From an uncultured Clostridia bacterium (lineage in GTDB: Bacteria; Bacillota; Clostridia; Christensenellales; UBA1242), in assembly GCA_944381185.1 (NCBI GenBank), contig CALWKE010000001.1, positions 456,939 to 520,938 of the forward strand: a stretch of 64,000 nt of DNA. The letters are read 5' to 3'. Within the stretch, counting starts at the first letter, position 1; each line of letters begins with the position of its first letter. Below the pieces are notes generated by a model that was given only the letters and a program-made list of their open reading frames with translations, made no database searches and had not been told where the DNA came from. The translations under genes were made by a program, and so were the position numbers. Below, in pieces: positions 9,612-19,947 of the stretch.

Positions 9612-10205
9612 TTATATTTTTGCGTTTTTTATTTCATAAATTTTGTTATAAAGTTCTTTAAAATCATTTACTCTGAAAATGTTTTTTCCATAAACATCTT
9701 TGTTATAAACATTATCATAACAAATAACAGGAATTAGTTTTGAAATTTCTTTTATATTTCTTGGGCTATCTTCAATCATAATATCTATTTTTTTATTTTT
9801 GATATTATTTATTTTACTTTCACCACTAAAAATAATATCATCATATTCAATATTGTTTGTTTTTAACCAGTCTTTGACCAACTGTCGCATTTTTTCGCCC
9901 CTTTCATCATTTAAAGTTGAAAGGTATCTTGCAGTTATTATAAAAATTTTGTTTCCGTCTGCTTTAAGTTTATTCATAATCTCGCTCGCAAAGTCGCGAA
10001 CAACAACTTCTTTTGCATAGTCAAAAACCAACTTATCCCAAAACTCATCTTCATCTTTTGAAGTCACTCCAAACATGTTACATAGGTGATAAGCATTTTC
10101 ATCTATTAAAGGTATGCCCCGTCTTGCAAAATATTTTGTTCCTGCTTCAATTTCCCACTTTCTTGAATTATTCAAAACACCATCAATATCAAAACCAATA
10201 TTCAT
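9612..10205 (-). CDS. HAD-superfamily hydrolase (5'(3')-deoxyribonucleotidase-like)
   Basis: N-terminal FDIDGVLNN (DxDG), IITAR, IEDSPRN. Confidence 0.55.
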   Translation of the reverse strand: MNIGFDIDGVLNNSRKWEIEAGTKYFARRGIPLIDENAYHLCNMFGVTSKDEDEFWDKLVFDYAKEVVVRDFASEIMNKLKADGNKIFIITARYLSTLNDERGEKMRQLVKDWLKTNNIEYDDIIFSGESKINNIKNKKIDIMIEDSPRNIKEISKLIPVICYDNVYNKDVYGKNIFRVNDFKELYNKIYEIKNAKI

Positions 10206-10213
10206 AACTATTA

Positions 10214-10747
10214 CTAAACCCTCATAATAAGTTTGCCATTAAGGTCAAACACCGAAACTCCGCTTTCATCTAAAATGCCATAACATTTAACGGAGTCACC
10301 CTTTGGGTATGTGATGCTTGCAATATTAAAATAGGTCACGCCGTCAATTTCTGTTATTTTAGTTTTATGGAAGTGCCCATAGAGAACAACTGTGCCCTTT
10401 GCAAGTTTTGCTGGGGCTTCGTGGCTAATGTGGTGACCATGTGTGCAAAAATATGATTTGCCTTGAAGTTCAATCATCACACTTTCATTTAATTGAAAGT
10501 TGAGCACCATTTGGTCAACTTCGGCATCGCAGTTGCCACGAACAGCAACAATTTTATCTGCAAAACTATTTAAAATTTCTATTACGCTCTTTGGGTCATA
10601 GTCATCAAGCATGGTGTTGCGTGGTCCAAAGTATAATAGGTCGCCAAGAAGCAAAATTTTGTCTGCCTTTGTTTCAGCAAATTTTTGTTTTAAAATTTCG
10701 GCGGAATTTCTGCTTCCGTGAATGTCGGTCATAATTAAATACTTCAT
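10214..10747 (-). CDS. yfcE: YfcE/MJ0936-family metallophosphoesterase
   Basis: TDIHGS, LLGDLLYFGPRN, VRGNCD, THGH. SD AGGAGA. Confidence 0.8.
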   Translation of the reverse strand: MKYLIMTDIHGSRNSAEILKQKFAETKADKILLLGDLLYFGPRNTMLDDYDPKSVIEILNSFADKIVAVRGNCDAEVDQMVLNFQLNESVMIELQGKSYFCTHGHHISHEAPAKLAKGTVVLYGHFHKTKITEIDGVTYFNIASITYPKGDSVKCYGILDESGVSVFDLNGKLIMRV

Positions 10748-10969
10748 AATTGTCTCCTAAAAATTATGATTTTATTTTAGCATATATTAATTCCTATTAC
10801 AAACAATAAGCCATAACAACTATACAAATTTTAATATTTATGAAATAATCATATTGATTTTTTTCACTATTTTTACATATTTTTCAATTATTTTTGCAGT
10901 TATTTTTTATATTTAAACAAATTTCATTAAAATTTATATGAAATTTATTAAAAAATCGCAAAAAATATA

Positions 10970-10996
10970 AAAAGCGGGGCAAAAACCCCGCTTTTT
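10970..10996. terminator. bidirectional intrinsic terminator after tex
   Basis: AAAAGCGGGGCAAAAACCCCGCTTTTT. It overlaps the tex stop codon. Confidence 0.8.
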
Positions 10997-13229
10997 ATTC
11001 TTCTTCATTTGCTTTTTTGATTGAAAGGCCAATTCGCTTTTTAGCGATGTCAAGACTTATAACTTTAACTTTAACAATTTGACCAACTGTAAGTTCTTCA
11101 CTTGGGTGCTTGATATACCTATCACAAATTTCACTGATGTGAACAAGCCCGTCTTGATGCACGCCAATATCAACAAATGCACCAAAGTCAATAACATTTC
11201 GAACAGTGCCCTTTAACACCATACCCTCTTTAAGGTCTTCAATGCCCAGCACATCGGTTCGCAGTTCAAGGTGTTCAGCTTCTTCACGAATATCTCTGCC
11301 CGGCTTCACAAGTTCGCCAACAATGTCATTTAAGGTTGGAACACCAATGCCAACTTCTTTTGCAACTTTTTCTTCGCCTGCATCTTCAACAAGTTTTGGA
11401 AGGGTTGCAACCTTGCCATTTTTAACATCTTCTTCACTCATTTTGAATATTTTAAGCAATTTTTTTGCACTTTCATAACTTTCAGGGTGAACGGCAGTGT
11501 TATCCAAAATTTCATCTCCGCCAACAACACGAAGGAAACCTGCACATTGCTCAAAAGCCTTTTCTCCAAGTTTTGGAACCTTTAAAATTTGTGTTCTGTT
11601 TTTAAATGCTCCATTCTTTTCACGGTATGCAACAATGTTTTTGGCAATGCCTTCATTAAGACCTGCAATTCTTTTAAGCAAACTTGGGCTTGCGGTGTTA
11701 ACATCGGCACCAACGGCATTAACACAGTCTTCAACAACTCCGTCTAAAACTTCGGTGAGCCTTTTTTGTGGCATGTCGTGTTGATATTGCCCAACACCAA
11801 TGCTCTTAACATCAATTTTAATAAGTTCAGCAAGTGGGTCTTGAAGACGCCTTGCAATTGAAACTGCACTTCGAAGGTTAACATTAAAGTCTGGAAACTC
11901 TTCCGCTGCAAGTTTGCTGGCTGAATAAACCGATGCCCCCGCTTCAGACACAACTGCGTAGCCAACTTTTCTTGAAAGTGTTTTGATTAAGTTTGCAACA
12001 AAAATTTCACTCTCTTTGCTTGCAGTTCCGTTGCCGATTGAAATAACATCAACTTTATATTTTGAAATAAGTTCGGTTAAAATTCGCTTGCTCTCATCAA
12101 TCTTTTTAAATGGCTCGGTTGGATAGATAACCGCAGTGTCAAGCACTGTGCCATTTTCATCAATAACAGCAAGTTTGCAACCCATTCGGTAGCCCGGGTC
12201 AAACCCCAAAATTCTTTTGCCTTTGAGTGGGGCTTCCATAAGCAGTGGCTTTAAATTTATTTCAAAATTTTTGATTGCCTGCTCGTTAGCTTTATCTGTA
12301 AGGTCACTTCTAACTTCCCTTTCAATGCTTGGCTCAATAAGCCTTTCAAAAGCATCGACATGAACTTCATTTAAAAGTTCTTCAAATTGAGATTTTTTGA
12401 TTTTGAAATGTTTTGCAATAATTTCTAAACACTTTTCTTCATTAAACTCAATGTCAACTTTCAAAAATCCTTCATTTTCGCCACGATTGATAGCAAGAAT
12501 TCTGTGTGACGGAATTTTGCTAATTTCTTGCTTAAATCCGTCATAAGTAAGATAGGTGTCGGCTTCTCTTGGCTTGTCGTTACCCTCTTTATCTTCATAT
12601 TTATTGGTGTTATCAATAACTTCTTTCTTGGTCTTTTTTGCCTTTTCCTTCTTAAGGGCTGAACAAATGAAACCTGTTTTTTGCAAAAATTCTCGAAGGT
12701 CTTTTCGAAGGTCACTGTCATCACTGACCCTTTCAGCCAAGATATCTTTTGCTCCTTGAATGGCTTCTTCAACTGAATTAACACCCTTTTCTTCGTCAAC
12801 AAAATCCTTTGCAATCTCTGCAAGTGGCTTTGTTTCTTCTTGCTTTTCAATGATATCTGCAAGAGGCTCAAGCCCTTTGGCAATGGCAACAGTTGCCCTT
12901 GTTTGACGCTTTGGCTTAAATGGACGATAGATATCTTCAAGTTCGGTGAGTGTTTTTGCCTCATCTAACTTTTTAACAATTTCGTCTGTTAATTTGCCCT
13001 GCTCATCAATATTTTTAATGATTGACTTTTTTCTATCTTCAAAATTACGAAGATAGCCAAGCCTGTCTGCAAACTGTCTGATAACTTGGTCATCAAGACT
13101 GCCGTGCATTTCCTTTCTATACCTTGCAATAAATGGAATGGTTGCCCCCTCGTCAAGCAAACTGATAAGGTTTTTTGAATACTCTTCCCTTATATTAAAT
13201 TCCTTTGCAAGTGATTCATAAATTTCCAT
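10995..13229 (-). CDS. tex: Tex-like transcription accessory protein with S1 domain
   Basis: LDEGATIPFIARYRKE, YqgF-like and HhH regions, C-terminal S1 (GTVRNVIDFGAFVDIG). SD AAGGAAG favours the ATG at 13229. Confidence 0.9.
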   Translation of the reverse strand: MEIYESLAKEFNIREEYSKNLISLLDEGATIPFIARYRKEMHGSLDDQVIRQFADRLGYLRNFEDRKKSIIKNIDEQGKLTDEIVKKLDEAKTLTELEDIYRPFKPKRQTRATVAIAKGLEPLADIIEKQEETKPLAEIAKDFVDEEKGVNSVEEAIQGAKDILAERVSDDSDLRKDLREFLQKTGFICSALKKEKAKKTKKEVIDNTNKYEDKEGNDKPREADTYLTYDGFKQEISKIPSHRILAINRGENEGFLKVDIEFNEEKCLEIIAKHFKIKKSQFEELLNEVHVDAFERLIEPSIEREVRSDLTDKANEQAIKNFEINLKPLLMEAPLKGKRILGFDPGYRMGCKLAVIDENGTVLDTAVIYPTEPFKKIDESKRILTELISKYKVDVISIGNGTASKESEIFVANLIKTLSRKVGYAVVSEAGASVYSASKLAAEEFPDFNVNLRSAVSIARRLQDPLAELIKIDVKSIGVGQYQHDMPQKRLTEVLDGVVEDCVNAVGADVNTASPSLLKRIAGLNEGIAKNIVAYREKNGAFKNRTQILKVPKLGEKAFEQCAGFLRVVGGDEILDNTAVHPESYESAKKLLKIFKMSEEDVKNGKVATLPKLVEDAGEEKVAKEVGIGVPTLNDIVGELVKPGRDIREEAEHLELRTDVLGIEDLKEGMVLKGTVRNVIDFGAFVDIGVHQDGLVHISEICDRYIKHPSEELTVGQIVKVKVISLDIAKKRIGLSIKKANEEE

Positions 13230-13447
13230 AAAACTTCCTTTAAAGTAAATATTTGCCATATTTCAAGCGACTTTATTATACCAAACTTTTCCACTTTTTC
13301 AAAACAAATAACATACTTTACACCCTAAACTAAAACAAATAATTTGATATTGTAACAAAGCCCTATTCATAAATTTTATATTGAATTATTTTTTAATTTT
13401 ATTTTGATAATTTTAAATTTTTGATATAATTAATTTAGGTGGTGAAT

Positions 13448-14302
13448 ATGAAAATAGCAATTTCCGCAGAATCAACCTGCGACCTTTCAAAAGAACTTTT
13501 AAACGAATATGAAATTTCAATAATTCCATACACAATCATTCTTGGCGACAACGAAGTTCAAGATAATGCAGAAGTCCCTGCCAAGATTTTTGAGTATGTT
13601 GAAAAAACAGGCAATCTTCCAAAGACAAGTGCCATTAATGAAGAAACTTACACAGAGTATTTTAAAAATCTTTTAAAGACTCATGATGCCGTTGTGCACC
13701 TGTCTTTGAGTGGTGGAATAACATCTTCAACCGAGCATGCAAAACTTGCAGCCGAAAAACTTAAAAATGTTTATGTTATTGACTCAAAGTCGCTTTCAAC
13801 TGGCATTGGACTGCTTGCCATTTATGCCCGAAAACTTGCAAGGCAGGGATTTAATGCAGATGTTATTGCCCAAAAGGTTGAAACAAGAGTTCCTTATGTT
13901 CAAGCAAGTTTTGTTGTTGAACGCCTTGACTATCTTTATAAGGGTGGAAGATGCAATGCTCTTGCACTTTTTGGTGCGAATGTTTTTAAAATCCGCCCAC
14001 AGATTTTGCTTGTTGACGGCAAAATGAAACCAGCAAAAAAATATCGTGGAAAGATGGACAGAGTTATTGCCGATTACACAAAAGACACTCTTGCCGAGTT
14101 CAATAACCCTGACAAGTCTGTTGGCTTTGTGACCTACACAACCGCAACACCTGAAATGATAAAAAATGCAAAACAAGCCCTTATTGATGCTGGCTTTAAA
14201 ACAATTTATGAAACCACTGCTGGTGGAACAATCACTTCTCACTGCGGTGAACATGTTTTGGGCATACTCTACATTAACGACGGCGACAAAATTGAAAAAT
14301 AA
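13448..14302 (+). CDS. DegV family fatty-acid-binding protein
   Basis: MKIAISAESTCDL..., TSAINEE, DSKSLSTG, GGTITSHCG. SD AGGTGG. Confidence 0.85.
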   Translation: MKIAISAESTCDLSKELLNEYEISIIPYTIILGDNEVQDNAEVPAKIFEYVEKTGNLPKTSAINEETYTEYFKNLLKTHDAVVHLSLSGGITSSTEHAKLAAEKLKNVYVIDSKSLSTGIGLLAIYARKLARQGFNADVIAQKVETRVPYVQASFVVERLDYLYKGGRCNALALFGANVFKIRPQILLVDGKMKPAKKYRGKMDRVIADYTKDTLAEFNNPDKSVGFVTYTTATPEMIKNAKQALIDAGFKTIYETTAGGTITSHCGEHVLGILYINDGDKIEK

Positions 14303-14322
14303 AATTAAAAAATATTACAAGC

Positions 14323-14353
14323 AAAAAGACCATAAAATTTATGGTCTTTTTTT
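14323..14353. terminator. bidirectional intrinsic terminator
   Basis: AAAAAGACCATAAAATTTATGGTCTTTTTTT lies between convergent degV and the PHP gene. Confidence 0.8.
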
Positions 14354-15248
14354 ATTTTTTTTCTGTTAAATGTTTAACAATTTCATTCATATCACTGTTT
14401 GAAAACTCAAAGTCGTTTTTCACAAAGCCAATCAAAGGGCGAACGCCGTCATCTTCATGAAAATCTGAACCAATGGTGACAAATAAATTATGTTTTTTTG
14501 CAAACTTTTTCCACCTTTCAATTTCGTTAAAAACAACATTGTTTCGATTTGCATAAATGTAATATGCTTCAAGCCCCTGAACTTCCATTGAATCAATAAT
14601 TTTTTCAATATCTTCTTCATCAAGCCCATCTTCATGAGAATATGCCACAGGGTGTGCAAGCACAACAATGCCCCCCGCCTGCCTTATTATTTCACTTGCT
14701 TCTTTTGGGGTAACAGACTCTTTTTTAACATAGGCTGGGCAATTTTCATTCATAATGGTTTCAATAAATTCGCCTTTTGTTGGAATATGCCCAAAATTCT
14801 TTTTTAAAATTTCTTCATTTTCACTGTTACCTATTATATCAAGTGCAATGTGAGCCTTTGTTACCGCATCAATCTTGTCAAGTTCTTCAAAGTTAACTTT
14901 ATAGCCCAGTTCTTCAAGTTTTCTTGTAACTTTTTCAAGATAGATATGCCTTGTGTTTCGAATTTCATAGAGCCTTTTAATTAAAAACTCATTTGTCACA
15001 TCAATATTATAACCCAAAACATGAATACCCACACCATTAAACTTGGTTGAAATTTCAACAGCGGGAATAAGACAAATATTCTTATCTTTTAATTGCTCAA
15101 AGAGTTCATCGGTGTAAGCCGAAACAGTGTCGTGGTCGGCTATTGAAAAGTATAAAACATTGTTTTTTATCGCTTCATCAACAATCTGTTTTGGTGTAAG
15201 CTTTCCGTCCGAACATGTTGAGTGAATATGTAAATCAATATGTGTCAT
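14352..15248 (-). CDS. PHP-domain phosphoesterase
   Basis: MTHIDLHIHSTCSDG, IADHD, VLAHP, GSDFH. SD GGGGGAA favours the ATG at 15248. Confidence 0.75.
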   Translation of the reverse strand: MTHIDLHIHSTCSDGKLTPKQIVDEAIKNNVLYFSIADHDTVSAYTDELFEQLKDKNICLIPAVEISTKFNGVGIHVLGYNIDVTNEFLIKRLYEIRNTRHIYLEKVTRKLEELGYKVNFEELDKIDAVTKAHIALDIIGNSENEEILKKNFGHIPTKGEFIETIMNENCPAYVKKESVTPKEASEIIRQAGGIVVLAHPVAYSHEDGLDEEDIEKIIDSMEVQGLEAYYIYANRNNVVFNEIERWKKFAKKHNLFVTIGSDFHEDDGVRPLIGFVKNDFEFSNSDMNEIVKHLTEKK

Positions 15249-15259
15249 ATCTTTTCCCC

Positions 15260-16363
15260 CTACTCTTGATTTCTTTGCATTTCGTCTGAATCTAAACTTA
15301 CAAGAAGCCAATTACCCTTTTCAAAATCGCCATTTCGCCAGTCTGTAAATTTTTGTTTGATTTGATTCATAACAAAAGGGCTTCCAATTCTTCTTTTTGA
15401 TGATGGGCCTGCAACATTACAAAGAATATCAAAAACTTCTTCTTCGGTGAACATTGAAAATATTTCACTTCTAACTTGGTTAACAAGATTAATAACATCT
15501 TTTTGCTGACTCGTTGTTTTCGAGTTTGCACTATATGGCAAAATGGTAAATGCCATCAAAAAATCAAACACATAGTTGTAGCCCTGTGAATCAAAATCCC
15601 ATTTTTTGCGAAGAGAAAATGGATTGATTTTAAGTTCTTCAACATCCGTGCCCATGCTTCGATGCATATAGTTTGGAACACTTGAAATTAAATTTTTCAG
15701 ATAATTCAAGCCCACAACATGAACATCAACAGGAAGCCCCTTTGCAGGAATTTTCCCTCTTTTTAACGTGTCTGCAATTTCTGCCATATCATTTATTGCT
15801 TTTATTGGATTGGTATCAGAAGTTTCAAGCCCTTGCTTTTTTAACCCACTTTCAATCTCACGCATCAAAGCTGCTCTGTTACTATCAAAAATGCTGTCGC
15901 TTTCAATCGCCTTTGTGTCGTCATAAACATACCAAACATCAAGGTCTGGAAGACGGTTCAAAATTTTTCTTGGCTTGATTTCATTCGGAATTTTTGCACA
16001 AGGATAGCACACCATTTTTAAATCAGGCATTCTGTGATAATTTTCAACAAGGCAACCACCGCATTTCCAAGTCATGTTTTCCATTCCACGCTTTGCAACT
16101 TGTTGCATAAGTTCGTTGTTATACCTATACTGCTCATCAATTTCCTTTAAACTTAAGTCATAGCCCGGATAGCCCGTTGTGAACATAAGCACTGCGTGCT
16201 TGCTGTCCCCTGCAATCTCACGGTATTTGTCGTAATTGCTTTGAATATATTTCTTTTTTGCTTCAGCACCAATTTTTGTTCTTCCAAGTTCTTCAAAAGA
16301 ATTAGAAGAATCAACTGCAGTTTTGCAAACTTCAAATATTGTTGAATTTTTATCTATTGCCAT
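15260..16363 (-). CDS. hypothetical protein, possible nucleotidyltransferase fold with an inserted zinc ribbon
   Basis: CGGC-x15-CYPC, then RLPDLDVWYVY and PVDVHVV, which are NTase-like acidic strands. 12-nt gap to the PHP gene. Confidence 0.4.
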   Translation of the reverse strand: MAIDKNSTIFEVCKTAVDSSNSFEELGRTKIGAEAKKKYIQSNYDKYREIAGDSKHAVLMFTTGYPGYDLSLKEIDEQYRYNNELMQQVAKRGMENMTWKCGGCLVENYHRMPDLKMVCYPCAKIPNEIKPRKILNRLPDLDVWYVYDDTKAIESDSIFDSNRAALMREIESGLKKQGLETSDTNPIKAINDMAEIADTLKRGKIPAKGLPVDVHVVGLNYLKNLISSVPNYMHRSMGTDVEELKINPFSLRKKWDFDSQGYNYVFDFLMAFTILPYSANSKTTSQQKDVINLVNQVRSEIFSMFTEEEVFDILCNVAGPSSKRRIGSPFVMNQIKQKFTDWRNGDFEKGNWLLVSLDSDEMQRNQE

Positions 16364-16456
16364 AATTATCTCCTTAACAGTTTTATTTTACCATTTATTT
16401 GTATTTTTTTCAATAGTTAAAACACTCATATTCTTTTAGTTATTTTCTATTATAAA

Positions 16457-16485
16457 TTGAAAAAGTAAAAAAATATTGATATAAT
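16457..16485 (+). promoter_or_regulatory. sigma-A type promoter of the ABC-F gene
   Basis: TTGAAA, 17-nt spacer, TGATATAAT (extended -10). Confidence 0.55.
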
Positions 16486-16593
16486 AATTTCGTGTGAAAT
16501 ACTTTATACTCATTTTTACTTTAAAATGGTTTTTGTAAAAAGTATAAAAATAAAAATTATATAAGATTAATTAAAAAATAAAGGATTAATGTT

Positions 16594-18579
16594 ATGCAAC
16601 TAAAAATAAAAAACGCAACCTTTGGGTATGGTGGCGAAACACTGCTTGAAAACTTTTCTTTTGAAGTTAACACCGCCGACAAAATTGCAATTATTGGCAG
16701 AAACGGAACGGGCAAAACCACAATTTTAAAGATGCTGACTCAAGAAATTGAACTTCATCAGCCAGACAACGCTCCACCTGTTTTTTCAGTTATTGGAAAG
16801 CCTGTGATTTCATCACTAAAACAGATGACTTTTGATAACGAAAACCTAACTTTAGAAGAAGAACTTTTATCCTGTTACAGCAAAATAATTGAAGTAAAAA
16901 CCAAACTTGATGAATTGCAGAGCAAACTTGAAAAAGAATATAGCGACAAGTTGATTTCAACCTTTTCTTCCCTTCAAGAAGAATTTGAAAATATGGGTGG
17001 CTACTCATATTTGAGCGAACTAAACAAAGCCATAGCCTCTTTTGGTTTTAGTGAAGATGACAAACATAAAAAATTATGCGAATTTTCAGGCGGGCAAAGA
17101 ACAAAGATTGCCTTTATTAAACTCATTCTTTCAAAGCCCGATGTGCTTTTGCTAGACGAACCCACAAACCACCTTGACATCAATGCCGTGAACTTTCTTG
17201 AAAACTATATTTCATCATACAAAAAAGCGGTTGTTATTGTGTCACACGACCGTGCATTTTTGGATAAAACTATTAATATTGTTTATGAAATTTCGCATAA
17301 AAAATTAACAAAATATGTTGGCAACTATTCAAAATACATTGAAACAAAAAACACAAATTATGAACTTTTACTCAAAAAATATGAAGCCCAACAAAAAGAA
17401 ATTGCTTCTATTCAAGAATTTATTGACAGGTTTAGATACAAAGCCACAAAGGCAACACAGGTGCAATCACGAATAAAAATGCTTGAAAAAATGGAAAAAA
17501 TTCCTGCACCTGAAAAGCCTGAAACAAAAACATTTCGTGGAACAATCAAGCCCCGAATTGAAAGTGGAAGCGAGGTTTTGTCGGTCAATAAATTAAAAAT
17601 TGGTTACAGCAAAGATGCTGTTCTTGCCGAACTTGACTTTAAGGTTCAGCGGGGCGACCGGCTGGGCATTATTGGTGGAAACGGACTTGGAAAATCAACC
17701 CTGCTTGAAACTCTTGCCGAAAAAGTCCCTGCCCTTTCAGGTGAATTTAAGTTTGGATACCACACAGAAGTTGGATATTTTAGTCAAATATCTTCAAAAT
17801 CAAACAGCACAAAAACTGTTTATGAAGAGTTTCAAAACATTTATCCACACCTTTCAGATGGTGAAATCAGAAGTTCTCTTGGTGCTTTTTTGTTTTCAGG
17901 CAAAGATGTTTTAAAGTTAATGAACTCCCTTTCGGGCGGTGAACTTGTTCGTTTTGAACTTGCCAAAATTTTTGAAAAAAAACCTAATGTTTTAATTTTA
18001 GACGAGCCCACAAATCACATGGATATTGTGAGCCGCGAAACCCTTGAAAACTTGCTTTTGAACTATTTAGGAACCATTATTTTTGTTTCACATGACCGTT
18101 ATTTTGTGAAAAAAATTGCAACCAAACTTTTGGTGTTTGGTGAAGGTTCAGCAAAATTTTTTGATGGCACTCTTGCTGAATTTAATGACCCCGTTTCAAG
18201 GCAGTTAAAACAAGAAGACAAGCCCGTTATAAAAAAACCTGAAAAGGTTGAATACCCAATAGATTTTGAAGAAAAAAAATCTGAAAATGAATTTGAAGAA
18301 ATGTCGCCCTATCTTCTTTCAAAAGAAAAGAGCAGGCTTGAAAACAGACTTAAAAAAATTGAAGAAAACTCTAAACTTTTAGACGATAAATTAAAACAAT
18401 TAGAAAGTGATTTTGTGAACCCTGAAATTGCAAGCGATTTCAAAAAACTTATGGAAATTCAGGCTGAAATTGAAAATACACAAATTTCAAATTCTAAACT
18501 TGAAGAAGAGTGGCTTGAAAAGAATGAAAATCTTGAAAAAATCAATGCACTTTTAAACAAACCTGAAAGCGAAGAATGA
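16594..18579 (+). CDS. ABC-F family ATPase with C-terminal coiled-coil extension
   Basis: Two ABC cassettes (GRNGTGKTT / GGNGLGKST, two LSGG signatures, LLLDEPTNHLD / LILDEPTNHMD) and no TM segments. Confidence 0.9.
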   Translation: MQLKIKNATFGYGGETLLENFSFEVNTADKIAIIGRNGTGKTTILKMLTQEIELHQPDNAPPVFSVIGKPVISSLKQMTFDNENLTLEEELLSCYSKIIEVKTKLDELQSKLEKEYSDKLISTFSSLQEEFENMGGYSYLSELNKAIASFGFSEDDKHKKLCEFSGGQRTKIAFIKLILSKPDVLLLDEPTNHLDINAVNFLENYISSYKKAVVIVSHDRAFLDKTINIVYEISHKKLTKYVGNYSKYIETKNTNYELLLKKYEAQQKEIASIQEFIDRFRYKATKATQVQSRIKMLEKMEKIPAPEKPETKTFRGTIKPRIESGSEVLSVNKLKIGYSKDAVLAELDFKVQRGDRLGIIGGNGLGKSTLLETLAEKVPALSGEFKFGYHTEVGYFSQISSKSNSTKTVYEEFQNIYPHLSDGEIRSSLGAFLFSGKDVLKLMNSLSGGELVRFELAKIFEKKPNVLILDEPTNHMDIVSRETLENLLLNYLGTIIFVSHDRYFVKKIATKLLVFGEGSAKFFDGTLAEFNDPVSRQLKQEDKPVIKKPEKVEYPIDFEEKKSENEFEEMSPYLLSKEKSRLENRLKKIEENSKLLDDKLKQLESDFVNPEIASDFKKLMEIQAEIENTQISNSKLEEEWLEKNENLEKINALLNKPESEE

Positions 18580-18592
18580 TTTTTAATAATAC

Positions 18593-18629
18593 AAAAAACA
18601 GCAAATTTTATTAATTTTTGCTGTTTTTA
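18593..18629. terminator. bidirectional intrinsic terminator
   Basis: AAAAAACAGCAAA...TTTGCTGTTTTT lies between the convergent ABC-F gene and pgi. Confidence 0.75.
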
Positions 18630-18667
18630 TTATATTTTTATTATTTTTTATTTATTTTTTGCGATTT

Positions 18668-19924
18668 TTAATCAATTAAATTTTGCTTCATATATGTTTT
18701 ATATTGTTCAACGCCCGGTTGATTGAATGGATTGACACCCAAAAGGTATCCACTGCAAGCACAAGCCTTTTCAAAGAAATAAACCAAATAGCCATATTCA
18801 AACTCATTGATTTCATCAATTTCAATTATTGCTATTGGAACCCCCGCTTCACTATGAGCTTTTATTGTTCCATTAAATCCAGCTCGTGAAATTTCACTAA
18901 CAAATTTATTATCTAAAAATTTTATAGGACTGCCCAGTGGAACATTTAAAACTTGATTATCTTTCTGCGGAATCTTAACATCAATAAAGGTTTCAGCAAC
19001 AATTGGTGAACCCTGTTGAATAAACTGACCAACAGAATGCAAATCAGTTGAATATGTTAACGAAGTAACAAAAATTCCTTTTTTGTCTTTGCCCTCACTT
19101 TCATCAAACAACTGTTGAAGCCAATCACCAAAAAACGCAAATTTTGTTGAAAACGATGCAAAAAACTCAATTTTTTTGCCAAGTTTTCGATTTAACAAAT
19201 ATCTATACACTGCATATCTATAAGCTGGATTTTTTTCAATATCACTTTCATCAAGGTCGTTATAGGCTTGAAGTGCACCTTCTAAAACTTTTTTAACATT
19301 TATTCCAGAAACTGCAAAAGGCAAAAGCCCAACTGCAGAGAGAACCGAATACCTTCCGCCCATGTTATCAGGAACAGAAAGGGTTTCAATACCTTCTTGA
19401 TTTGCCCGTGCACGAAGATAGCCCTTTTCACGATCAGTTGTAAAAATCATTCTCTTTTTATAGTCGTTTTTATATTTATTTTTCATGAATCGTTCAATGA
19501 TATTGAGTGTCACCAAAATTTCAACCGTTGTGCCCGACTTTGAAACAACATTAACCGTTATATCTTTATCTTTAATGGCTTCAAGTGTTTGAGAAAGGTC
19601 ACTGTAATCAAAACTTGTTCCTGCAAATAGAACTTCAACTTTAGATTTTTTTGAAAGCAGTGATATGCCTGCCTTTGCACCCAAATAACTGCCACCAATT
19701 CCAACCACCAAAAGAACATCTGAATCTTCTTCAATATGTTTTGCAAGTTTCAAAATCTTTGAAAGTTCTTTTTTGTCGTAAGTAAGTGGAAAATGCACCC
19801 AAGTTGTTCCCGCCGAATGGTCAGCAGAATGCAAATTTTTATGGATTTCATCTACTTTTTTTTGAAGGTCCCTTGCATAAAATTCATGTTCTTTAATCAT
19901 GCTGTGTGATAAATCTAATTTCAT
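18668..19924 (-). CDS. pgi: glucose-6-phosphate isomerase
   Basis: VVGIGGSYLGAKA, GGRYSVLSAVGLLP, FNQPGVEQYK. SD AAGGAGAAG. Confidence 0.9.
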   Translation of the reverse strand: MKLDLSHSMIKEHEFYARDLQKKVDEIHKNLHSADHSAGTTWVHFPLTYDKKELSKILKLAKHIEEDSDVLLVVGIGGSYLGAKAGISLLSKKSKVEVLFAGTSFDYSDLSQTLEAIKDKDITVNVVSKSGTTVEILVTLNIIERFMKNKYKNDYKKRMIFTTDREKGYLRARANQEGIETLSVPDNMGGRYSVLSAVGLLPFAVSGINVKKVLEGALQAYNDLDESDIEKNPAYRYAVYRYLLNRKLGKKIEFFASFSTKFAFFGDWLQQLFDESEGKDKKGIFVTSLTYSTDLHSVGQFIQQGSPIVAETFIDVKIPQKDNQVLNVPLGSPIKFLDNKFVSEISRAGFNGTIKAHSEAGVPIAIIEIDEINEFEYGYLVYFFEKACACSGYLLGVNPFNQPGVEQYKTYMKQNLID

Positions 19925-19947
19925 AACCCTTCTCCTTCAACTAAATT

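Noticed and set aside
11206-12964. Multiple 60-170-aa ORFs in other frames or strands inside tex. Similar nested ORFs occur inside pgi, folD, thyX, gltX, cdr and others.
   Set aside because: They are fully embedded in genes with strong family signatures, lack SD sequences, and have biased low-complexity composition typical of off-frame translation.
16526-16564. 12-codon leader ORF (MVFVKSIKIKII) upstream of the ABC-F gene, as an ARE-type attenuation peptide.
   Set aside because: There is no SD. The ABC-F inter-domain linker is of ordinary length rather than the extended ARE type. The leader hairpin is not followed by a T-run.
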